44,474 nucleotides of DNA from Spirochaetota bacterium. Its GTDB lineage: Bacteria; Spirochaetota; B62-G9; DRHN01. A model generated the notes under the pieces. It ran no database searches, was not told the origin of the DNA, and worked only from the letters and a program-made list of their open reading frames with translations. The DNA lies in assembly GCA_030673105.1 (NCBI GenBank), contig DAOVJS010000003.1, forward strand, positions 1 to 44,474, read 5' to 3'. Positions 8,715-16,246 of the stretch are shown in pieces. Position numbers and translations under genes: made by a program. Within the stretch, counting starts at the first letter, position 1; every line of letters begins with the position of its first letter.

Positions 8715-9401
8715 CTAAGGTAAATAATAAAGAGGGTTTACAGGTTTGCCTTTATAAAAGAGCTCATAGTGTACCACTTCTTTGTCAGAGCCTTTTACAC
8801 CATTTACTCTTGCAATAACAGCATTGATTTTTACAGTTTGTCCTTCTTTGACAAGACTTGTTATATTCCTTGAATAAAGGCTGTAGAAATCATTACCATG
8901 CTCTATTATGATTGTATTTCCATATCCACGGATAGTACCCGATATTACAACAACACCCGACTGTGCAGCAACAATATCCTGGTTTCCATTTGGCTTCAGA
9001 TCAATACCATAGTTAAAATCAGTTTGATGTTTGCCATAAGATCTTATTACCTCACCTTTAAGAGGCCACACAAAATCCAACTTTTCATATTCCCGGGGGG
9101 TATCAATTTCATTCCCCTGGACAAATAGGATACTTGTTGCTTCGGGTATAAAAATCCATGTACCCTGCGATATATGCACAACATCTTCTATATCATTCAC
9201 TTTTTTTATTTCCTCTAAGGAAACCCGGTAAGTTTTTGCGATCCTCCATAGTGTTTGTCCCTCTTTAACCCTGTGCCAGACCCCTCTTTCATAAGAAGTG
9301 TCTACCTGCCGGTAGATGTTCTGAGTTGTCGTACATGAAAAGAAAAAAACTATAAAAAACAATAATAGAAATTTCAATTTTACAGGGGCACTTATATTCA
9401 T
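8715..9401 (-). CDS. NlpD-like LysM/M23 lipoprotein
   Basis: Lipobox FFFSC; LysM (HRVKEGQTLWRIAKTY); degenerate M23 domain (WPLKG, NYGIDL, GYGNTIIIEH, HYEL..VNPL). Confidence 0.85.
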   Translation of the reverse strand: MNISAPVKLKFLLLFFIVFFFSCTTTQNIYRQVDTSYERGVWHRVKEGQTLWRIAKTYRVSLEEIKKVNDIEDVVHISQGTWIFIPEATSILFVQGNEIDTPREYEKLDFVWPLKGEVIRSYGKHQTDFNYGIDLKPNGNQDIVAAQSGVVVISGTIRGYGNTIIIEHGNDFYSLYSRNITSLVKEGQTVKINAVIARVNGVKGSDKEVVHYELFYKGKPVNPLYYLP

Positions 9402-9454
9402 AGTATTTCTCTTTTTACTATTAATCGGTATCTATTAACGTTTTATTAAATTTC

Positions 9455-9483
9455 TTGACAATACAACCCGGTTTCATTAGATT
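9455..9483 (+). promoter_or_regulatory. sigma70 promoter of the tRNA pair
   Basis: TTGACA-N17-TAGATT, 20 nt before tRNA-Asp. Confidence 0.65.
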
Positions 9484-9502
9484 ACACACTGCTGACAAAG
9501 CT

Positions 9503-9576
9503 GGGAACGTGGCGAAGCTGGTTATCGCGCCGGCCTGTCAAGCCGGAGATCGCGGGTTCAAATCCCGTCGTTCCCG
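9503..9576 (+). tRNA. tRNA-Asp(GTC)
   Basis: Acceptor GGGAACG/CGTTCCC; anticodon arm CCGGC-CTGTCAA-GCCGG; T arm GGTTCAAATCC; CCA not encoded. Confidence 0.95.
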
Positions 9577-9616
9577 AATCAATAGTTAATTAGAATAATT
9601 AATGTCACCAGATAAA

Positions 9617-9690
9617 CGGGCTATAGCGCAGTTTGGTAGCGCGCACGGTTCGGGACCGTGAGGTCGTGAGTTCAAATCTCACTAGCCCGA
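9617..9690 (+). tRNA. tRNA-Pro(CGG)
   Basis: Acceptor CGGGCTA/TAGCCCG; anticodon arm CACGG-TTCGGGA-CCGTG; T arm GAGTTCAAATCTC. Confidence 0.95.
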
Positions 9691-9750
9691 TTTTTTTCCT
9701 CTCGTTACTCCAGTGTTATTCTACCTTCATTAATAAATAAATTTTCACAA

Positions 9751-10632
9751 CTATAAGTCGCACATATCAAGCAGCTCTGGAACGTACTTTTCCCATCCCA
9801 TGGCCATTATGTGAAGGCCCTGACACATTGGCTTTACTTCTTTTATAAATTCTACCATGAGCTCAATGCTCTTTTTCGGCCTATCCTCTTTGGATGCCTC
9901 CTTGAGAGGTGTAATCATGGAATCAGGAACCTGTACCCCGGGTACAAAGTTATTCATATAGTTGGCCATTCCTGCGGATTTGATAATGACAATTCCGCAT
10001 AGGACAGGAACCTTATATTTAGAAGCTTTGTCCATGAAATTTTCAAATACTTTAGAGTCATAAATTGCCTGTGTCTGGAAAAACTGGGCTCCTTCCTCTA
10101 TTTTTCTCTCCATTTTTATAAGCTGCATCTCTATTGGATCAGCGCCTGGAGTTACAATGGCACCGCAGAAAATATCCCCGGGAACCCCTTCCAGTTCCTG
10201 CCCGGCAAGGTCTTTTCCATTTTTTAAAGAGTTCATAGCCGTGAGTATACTCACGGAATCAAGATCGAACACGGGTTTACTTTCAGGATGATCTCCGGCT
10301 GAATTATGATCGCCTGTAAGAGCAAGTATGTTCCTGATACCCAGCACATAGCCCCCTAGAATATCTCCCTGTATGGCAAGCCTGTTTCTATCCCTGGCGG
10401 TTATTTGCAGTATAGGCTCCAATCCCTGCCTGGCCAGAAGTGTACAAATACTCAATGAACTGATACGCATCACTGAGCTCTGGTTATCTGTGACATTAAT
10501 TGCAACGACACGGTCTTTTATATATGAAACCTCCTTATCCATGCAGTGTTCCAAATCTACACCTTTCGGAGGCCCTACTTCCCCGGTAATTGTGAATTTG
10601 CCCTGCTCCAAGCTTTCCTGTAATTTACTCAT
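9751..10632 (-). CDS. metF: Methylenetetrahydrofolate reductase, MetF subunit
   Basis: ITGEVGPPKG, NVTDNQ, RDRNRLAIQ, ALTGDH, GAQFFQTQ, GLHIM. Confidence 0.93.
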   Translation of the reverse strand: MSKLQESLEQGKFTITGEVGPPKGVDLEHCMDKEVSYIKDRVVAINVTDNQSSVMRISSLSICTLLARQGLEPILQITARDRNRLAIQGDILGGYVLGIRNILALTGDHNSAGDHPESKPVFDLDSVSILTAMNSLKNGKDLAGQELEGVPGDIFCGAIVTPGADPIEMQLIKMERKIEEGAQFFQTQAIYDSKVFENFMDKASKYKVPVLCGIVIIKSAGMANYMNNFVPGVQVPDSMITPLKEASKEDRPKKSIELMVEFIKEVKPMCQGLHIMAMGWEKYVPELLDMCDL

Positions 10633-11347
10633 TCGATGCCTCCTCCTTCTCTGAATTCAGCACAGGTGCTGAATAAATTTCAGCTTTTTCCAGTGCCCAG
10701 CGCGTTGTGGTCCTCTCCTTATCAGGCACATCCATTTTTCTGTAGTCCCGTAAACGCGGGAGCTTCTTTAAATTTTCCAGTTTTCCAAGCTCGTTCAATC
10801 TTATATAAATAAGATTCCAACCACAATCCCTTTCATTTTCCACCTCGCATTTGCCATCATGCTGGCCGCCGCACATTCCATTAATCAGGCTCTTTGAGCA
10901 CATTGTTATGGGGCATATACCGCCGGTAAGTGCAAGATAACAGGTGCCGCAGCCCGCGCATCGCTCGCTGGAAGGCCATAGTCCCTGCATACCCTGGCTT
11001 GATAACGTATCGTTGGCAGGTATGACCGGAATATCTATCATATTTCCAGTAGCCTGAACACCGATGCCGCAGGATATTACGAGTACTGCCTGTGATTTTT
11101 TAAGCTTCTCAATATGGTATATAAGCTTTGATCCAACAAGGGCCTTGTTACACAGAAAGTCTATTTCAGTGCTTCCCTCAACTTCTATGCCATTCTTTGA
11201 AAGCTGCTCTGTTAGTTCATCGATTCTCGGTTTTCCGCCTGAATCACACCCTACAGGGCACCCTCCGCATGCGACAATAAACAGGCTCTTGTAACCTGAG
11301 ACCATCTCAATAAGTTCTTTACCTGGCTTTGGAACATTGACAACCAT
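10625..11347 (-). CDS. metV: MetV, Fe-S/Zn subunit of MTHFR
   Basis: CGGCPVGC, SCGIG, CAGCGTC..GGICP..CSK..NGMCGG..CEV..CGW; overlaps metF by 8 nt. Confidence 0.88.
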   Translation of the reverse strand: MVVNVPKPGKELIEMVSGYKSLFIVACGGCPVGCDSGGKPRIDELTEQLSKNGIEVEGSTEIDFLCNKALVGSKLIYHIEKLKKSQAVLVISCGIGVQATGNMIDIPVIPANDTLSSQGMQGLWPSSERCAGCGTCYLALTGGICPITMCSKSLINGMCGGQHDGKCEVENERDCGWNLIYIRLNELGKLENLKKLPRLRDYRKMDVPDKERTTTRWALEKAEIYSAPVLNSEKEEASNE

Positions 11348-11386
11348 TCATGTGCCTCCTTATTTAAATGCTGGTTTTTTATAGTC

Positions 11387-11872
11387 TTAACTGACTGTTT
11401 CGATGCCTTCCTTCTTTAATTCATCCAGAACTGTTGCTATGATGTAGTTCATTTTTTCTTTTATTTGCGGAGAAAGCTCCATTGAGAGTTCAATTTTATA
11501 AGGCTCGATACCGAAAAAAACGACCTCATCCGGAAATTTTCCCAAAACCCTCTCCAGTTTAATCGATTCCAGGACTCCAAAATCATGAAGAGATATCGTC
11601 ACAGGCCTTCCTGCCTCTTCAATATCGCCCGGTTTAAATCGATAAACGGTTCCCGCCTCCCGGCCTCCGTTTACAGCATCGATAATAATAACCTTTTCAA
11701 AACTTCTAAGATCGGATACGATATTGAAAAAAGAAGTTCCCGCATCTATTAACTCAATGTCCCCTGTATACGATTTCTTTTCCAGTATATTTACTACTTC
11801 TATACCGACGCCTTCGTCTCCCATCAGTATATTTCCAACTCCAACCACTGCTATCTTTTTCTGAGCCGTAAT
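11387..11872 (-). CDS. Hydrogenase maturation endopeptidase (HybD/HycI family); start uncertain (ATT 11872 or GTG 11848)
   Basis: KKIAVVGVGNILMGDEGVG, IDAGT, IIDAV, SLHD motifs. Confidence 0.9.
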   Translation of the reverse strand: MTAQKKIAVVGVGNILMGDEGVGIEVVNILEKKSYTGDIELIDAGTSFFNIVSDLRSFEKVIIIDAVNGGREAGTVYRFKPGDIEEAGRPVTISLHDFGVLESIKLERVLGKFPDEVVFFGIEPYKIELSMELSPQIKEKMNYIIATVLDELKKEGIETVS

Positions 11873-11884
11873 TGTATACCCTTT

Positions 11885-13444
11885 TTAGACAACTCTTAGA
11901 GCTCCAAGCTTCTTCCCTTTTATATTTAAAGTATGAACCGAACACGCCAGGCATGGATCAAAGGATCTGGCAATACGGACAAGCTCATAAGGATTTTCAG
12001 GATTTTTCACCTCTGTTCCAATGAGCGCCTGTTCCATTGGCCCCGATTGTTCCTTTTCATCTTTCGGAGAACCGTTCCATGTGGTAGGCACAACGAGCTG
12101 GTATCTTTCTATTTTTTTATTTTTGATCTTTATCCAGTGGCCCAGTGCCCCACGCGGCCCATCGACGATTCCCATGCCCTCTGATTCCTCCGGTATTTCA
12201 TAGGCTACGCATACAGGCTCTCCTGCCTTTAGTTCCAAAACCCAATCGGCCATACTGTCCGCGATCAGCTTGGCATCCAGAGCGCGAGCCGCATGTCTTC
12301 CGAGAACCGAGTTAAGGTCCTTTGTTTCAATATTCAATGCTTTCATGCAACCCTCAAGCGCTTCTTTTACCTGTTTCTGACCGGAAAGATACGACACTAC
12401 CCATCGAGCGAGCGGTCCGACTTCATAAACCTTTCCTTCGTACCTTGGTGACCTGATCCAGCTGTATCCTTCTTTTTTCCGTGCATTGGGTTTTGTATCT
12501 TCTTTAGTAGGATGTAAAGCATCCTCACCTTCATACCACGAGTGTTTTATACTTTCGGTAATGCTGTCGGTATTCAATTTTTTCAAGGCACTCAGGCCTT
12601 CAACAGCACCCTGAGGAATCAATCGTTTCCTGGTCGTATAATCATCTGACTTCCCATCAAGGTCAAAAACTCCGTAGCTGAGAAAGTTTCCGGGACCTGC
12701 GCCTATGTTGAAATAATCAGAGTAGGTTTTTGCTACCGCTATTACGTCCGGAATATATGTGTTATCAATAAAATATCTCAGCTTATTAAGCCTCCATAAA
12801 AACCGTGTGATTTTATCTATTGAAGGATGCTCCGTTACCCCGCCGGGAACGACCGACGCGTTATGAGGCATCTTTCCACCAAACAGGGTAAGCATTTCAT
12901 GTGAGAGCCTTCTCATTTCCAGGGCTGTCAGATAGTGTTTTGTCAGTTCCTGGTTTGTTTCTTTATCAAACCGGTAATCACCCTCATACCTTGGAACAAA
13001 AGGCGAAAGCTCACCCCTTGCTATGAAGTCTTTTAAAGAATTCAATTCAGCATCTTTACCGCTGTAGTCAGCTACGGCAGTCACATCTGCAAAATCAAGC
13101 GCCGCTAAATGGTAAAAGTGAAGAATATGTGATTGGATATAATTGGCCCCGAGGATGAGATTTCGAAGGATTCTTCCATTATCCGGAACTTTATCTGCAA
13201 TACCAAACGCACTGTCAAGATTCAGGGTCGATGCTGTTCCATGCACCGTAGGGCAGACACCACAGACTCTCTGCGTGATTCTCTGCGCGTCTCTCGGATC
13301 TCTATCCCTCAAGAAGATTTCAAAACCTCTGAAGAGTGTTCCTGAACATTGAGCATCCTTAACCACTCCATCCTCAAGATAGGCATCTATCTTCATATGA
13401 CCTTCAATTCTGGTCAATGGGTCAATTGTTATCTTGGTCGACAT
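11885..13444 (-). CDS. [NiFe] hydrogenase large subunit, group 1a/Hys-like (Cys, not Sec)
   Basis: IDPLTRIEGH; L1 RGFE..RVCGVC; L2 SFDPCLACSVH plus a cleavable C-terminal extension. Confidence 0.93.
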   Translation of the reverse strand: MSTKITIDPLTRIEGHMKIDAYLEDGVVKDAQCSGTLFRGFEIFLRDRDPRDAQRITQRVCGVCPTVHGTASTLNLDSAFGIADKVPDNGRILRNLILGANYIQSHILHFYHLAALDFADVTAVADYSGKDAELNSLKDFIARGELSPFVPRYEGDYRFDKETNQELTKHYLTALEMRRLSHEMLTLFGGKMPHNASVVPGGVTEHPSIDKITRFLWRLNKLRYFIDNTYIPDVIAVAKTYSDYFNIGAGPGNFLSYGVFDLDGKSDDYTTRKRLIPQGAVEGLSALKKLNTDSITESIKHSWYEGEDALHPTKEDTKPNARKKEGYSWIRSPRYEGKVYEVGPLARWVVSYLSGQKQVKEALEGCMKALNIETKDLNSVLGRHAARALDAKLIADSMADWVLELKAGEPVCVAYEIPEESEGMGIVDGPRGALGHWIKIKNKKIERYQLVVPTTWNGSPKDEKEQSGPMEQALIGTEVKNPENPYELVRIARSFDPCLACSVHTLNIKGKKLGALRVV

Positions 13445-13465
13445 GATTACCCTCCGTTTTTGAAG

Positions 13466-14350
13466 TTAACGTGTTTTAATTTTAAATCTTTCAAGCGCGT
13501 CTTCATTTAGCTTTGTAAACATGGGTGCAAGTTTATCTTGAAAGTCGGGCTCCACACATCCTATACACTGCGCACCTGCACCTATACACCAGTTTGTTCC
13601 ATTATTCCACTGCCTGCTGGGACAGTCAGCATAACTATATGGTCCTTTACAGCCGATTTCATATAGGCAGCCTGGCTCGCTGGGGTTTCGCGCGAACTGA
13701 CCTGCATCAAAAAATGCACGGCGAGGGCAGTTGTCGTGAATAAGATCTTTAAAAAACGCTTTTGGTCTTAATTTTTCGTCCAGGTCATCAGGTGACGGAA
13801 GACCATTAATAAGAACATGCGCTATTGTCCCGACTATCCAATCGGGGTGCGGCGGGCATCCCGGAATATTAATCAACGGTGTGGATATACCCTCATTTTT
13901 GAAAAAATCAGCCACAGACAGTGCTCCGGTGGGGTTTGGAGCCCCTGATGGTATACCTCCGTAGGAAGAACACGTTCCCACAGCAAGCACGGCAAGCGCG
14001 TCTCTAGCGAGCTCAGCCGTCATATCTTTCATTACAACTTCCTCTCCATCAAGTTTACCAATTGTGCAGTAGAGTCCATCCTCTGCAGTCGGAACAGACC
14101 CTTCCACCATGAGAATGTACTCATTCGGCTTTTGAGAAATAGTTTCTCTCAATATCTTTACGACAGGCTCACCCTGCCCTGCCATTAATGTGGCGTGAAA
14201 TATGAGAGATACATGCTTCCCGGGAAGAACAGGATCAACTAAAACGTTCTGGATACTCGGACTAATTGAATTTAACAGCGAAACAGAACACCCTGAACAG
14301 GCAGCCCCTGCTATCCAAATCGCTGGAAACTCTACGACTTTTGAAGACAC
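13466..14350 (-). CDS. [NiFe] hydrogenase small subunit without a Tat signal
   Basis: CSGC, GTC, PGCPP, HDNCPR, CLYEIGCKGP, ADC, WC..QCIGC; the protein starts only about 17 aa before the first Cys. Confidence 0.93.
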   Translation of the reverse strand: MSSKVVEFPAIWIAGAACSGCSVSLLNSISPSIQNVLVDPVLPGKHVSLIFHATLMAGQGEPVVKILRETISQKPNEYILMVEGSVPTAEDGLYCTIGKLDGEEVVMKDMTAELARDALAVLAVGTCSSYGGIPSGAPNPTGALSVADFFKNEGISTPLINIPGCPPHPDWIVGTIAHVLINGLPSPDDLDEKLRPKAFFKDLIHDNCPRRAFFDAGQFARNPSEPGCLYEIGCKGPYSYADCPSRQWNNGTNWCIGAGAQCIGCVEPDFQDKLAPMFTKLNEDALERFKIKTR

Positions 14351-14517
14351 GATCAGCCTCCTTTGTGGTTTTAATTATTAATTTTTCCAATTTGTTTTGG
14401 CAATTAATATTCTGTCTTATTGAAAATTTACCTGATTTCAATTTTTGATGATTTATAAGACGAAGTTTAAGGAGCTCCCACATTTTTCTGTGTGTTTAAA
14501 ATTTAACAATTTAGTAA

Positions 14518-14546
14518 ATTATAGACAGGCGCGAATGTAAAGTCAA
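14518..14546 (-). promoter_or_regulatory. sigma70 promoter of the hydrogenase-metVF operon
   Basis: Minus strand TTGACT-N17-TATAAT. Confidence 0.75.
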
Positions 14547-14585
14547 GAAAAAATTAATCATCATATTAGCCATTCATTCACGGGT

Positions 14586-15296
14586 TCATGACCCGGATGG
14601 AATTGACTTTATAAATGTAAATAGTTTCCTGTAAATGTTTAATGTATCGGTAAATGATACATCAAAATAATTAACAATCTCAACCCTTTTAAACATAAGC
14701 GCGATAATCAGGGCAAGAACAATCACAGACCAGGTAAATATAAAAATCAAGGATGAAAAATGTCCGTATCTTTTTAGATCGGGTTGATCTATTTGAATAT
14801 AATGAATGGTTGCAATTACATGAAAAGAAAGCGATATTCCAATAAAAAAATAGAAAATACCGGAAAGCAAGGCGCTCTGAAAAAATATCCATACAATTTT
14901 AAAAACACATATTATCACAAGAGTATACAGGGGCAGGGAATATGGAGCAAGAGCAATGATTATATTAACTCTTTCAGTCTTTACAAACCCTTCATTTCTC
15001 TTGAGAGACATGCTCTTTACCTTCACCCCGCTGATTAGGGCAAACAAGACATGTGACAGCTCATGTTCGAGAATATAACTTTTCGCAGGAGGGCCGAATA
15101 AAAGGAAAAGTATGAGAAAAATTACGAATCCGCCCGCAGAAGACAGCATCCCGGGAGTAAATGTATGGTAATCTGCAAATAAAACCGGCATATGCAACAC
15201 GAGAGAAACAGCAAGCGGAATAATCCCTAGAGAAATTACTAAAAGGAGTGGCTTGAGAACTACTTTGTTATTTCTTTTTTTTGTTTTTCGCCTCAA
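14586..15296 (-). CDS. Membrane protein, possible M50-like zinc metallopeptidase
   Basis: About 5 hydrophobic segments, HELSH (HExxH), IALAPY, QPDL; start uncertain. Confidence 0.6.
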   Translation of the reverse strand: MRRKTKKRNNKVVLKPLLLVISLGIIPLAVSLVLHMPVLFADYHTFTPGMLSSAGGFVIFLILFLLFGPPAKSYILEHELSHVLFALISGVKVKSMSLKRNEGFVKTERVNIIIALAPYSLPLYTLVIICVFKIVWIFFQSALLSGIFYFFIGISLSFHVIATIHYIQIDQPDLKRYGHFSSLIFIFTWSVIVLALIIALMFKRVEIVNYFDVSFTDTLNIYRKLFTFIKSIPSGS

Positions 15297-15669
15297 CTAT
15301 CTTTGCTAACATGTCCCGGGCTAATTTTTTTGCTGCAGGTTCCTGAAACTCATTCGTAACTTTTCGAAAATATATTTCAGCTTTATCGTATTCTTCCTTT
15401 ACATAATAACAAAAGCCGATCTCATAATGGGCCCAGGTACTTGCCCTCAATTTATCCGGATAATTTGTTATTATTGCCTCGTAAGCTGTTATCGCATTAT
15501 CAAATCTGTTGTTATCAAACTCTTTCTGAGCTATTTTGTCATATTCGATTATTGTAAGTGGCTTTCCATCCTTATATAAAGCCGGCATCTTTGAAGCACA
15601 GGAAAGAAAAATATATGAAATAGTCAGTATTATTATGAGATATAGATATGTATATAAATTTTTTCTCAT
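15268..15669 (-). CDS. Small TPR lipoprotein
   Basis: Lipobox IFLSC; TPR helices (AITAYEAII, AHYEIGFCYY). Confidence 0.75.
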   Translation of the reverse strand: MRKNLYTYLYLIIILTISYIFLSCASKMPALYKDGKPLTIIEYDKIAQKEFDNNRFDNAITAYEAIITNYPDKLRASTWAHYEIGFCYYVKEEYDKAEIYFRKVTNEFQEPAAKKLARDMLAKIVEAKNKKKK

Positions 15670-15693
15670 TATGACCTTGTTGTATATTAAACC

Positions 15694-15999
15694 CTAAAAT
15701 GAGTAGATTTCATCTTTTATTGGAAGGCTCTTTCGTAGTTCTTTAATAAAAGATTTTTCTTCACCCATTGGATCATAAAATTCACATTCTGGAAGTGTTC
15801 GCCTGACTATGGTAAAATACTTATAAATTTTTTCTTCGCCTGATTTTTTCTTCCACAATCCGTTACTGCATTTGACCCTGAGCACATATGAACCTTTTTC
15901 ACCTACCGATTGCTTGAAAAGCACGCAGTGCCTGCAGTTAGCGCAGTAAATCTTATCAATATCCACGTTGGTGCCACCATCATGATGGTCTGATTCCAT
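15694..15999 (-). CDS. Small Cys-rich hypothetical protein
   Basis: YCANCRHC..VKC..EC; ATG 15999 preceded by GGAG (ORF track start 16068 is less likely). Confidence 0.7.
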   Translation of the reverse strand: MESDHHDGGTNVDIDKIYCANCRHCVLFKQSVGEKGSYVLRVKCSNGLWKKKSGEEKIYKYFTIVRRTLPECEFYDPMGEEKSFIKELRKSLPIKDEIYSF

Positions 16000-16136
16000 T
16001 TCAACTCCGGCATTAACGATATCTCTTTTCCGATAAAATATACCTCTATTTAAAAAAGTCAACAACAAATTAAACTTGACAGTATAGTTATTAATAGTTT
16101 TATTTAAAAAAATTGTTAGTATGAGTATGGTTTTAA

Positions 16137-16209
16137 GGGGGTGTAGCTCAGCTGGGAGAGCACTTGAATGGCATTCAAGGGGTCAGGGGTTCGAATCCCC
16201 TCACCTCCA
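16137..16209 (+). tRNA. tRNA-Ala(GGC)
   Basis: Acceptor GGGGGTG/CACCTCC; anticodon arm CTTGA-ATGGCAT-TCAAG; GGTTCGAATCC. Confidence 0.95.
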
Positions 16210-16246
16210 AAACATTCCATGAAGTCAAAAGGTAAAGGGGTAAGCA

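Noticed and set aside
9420-9450. sigma28 promoter for nlpD (ACCGATTA)
   Set aside because: Both boxes deviate from consensus in very AT-rich DNA; insufficient support
11940-11960. Selenocysteine (NiFeSe) in the large subunit
   Set aside because: The L2 motif codon is TGC (DPCLAC) and there is no in-frame TGA
9503-16209. Hydrogenase-metVF block as a tRNA-integrated genomic island
   Set aside because: It is flanked by tRNAs, but I saw no integrase, no duplicated tRNA 3' end (att site) and no clear compositional boundary
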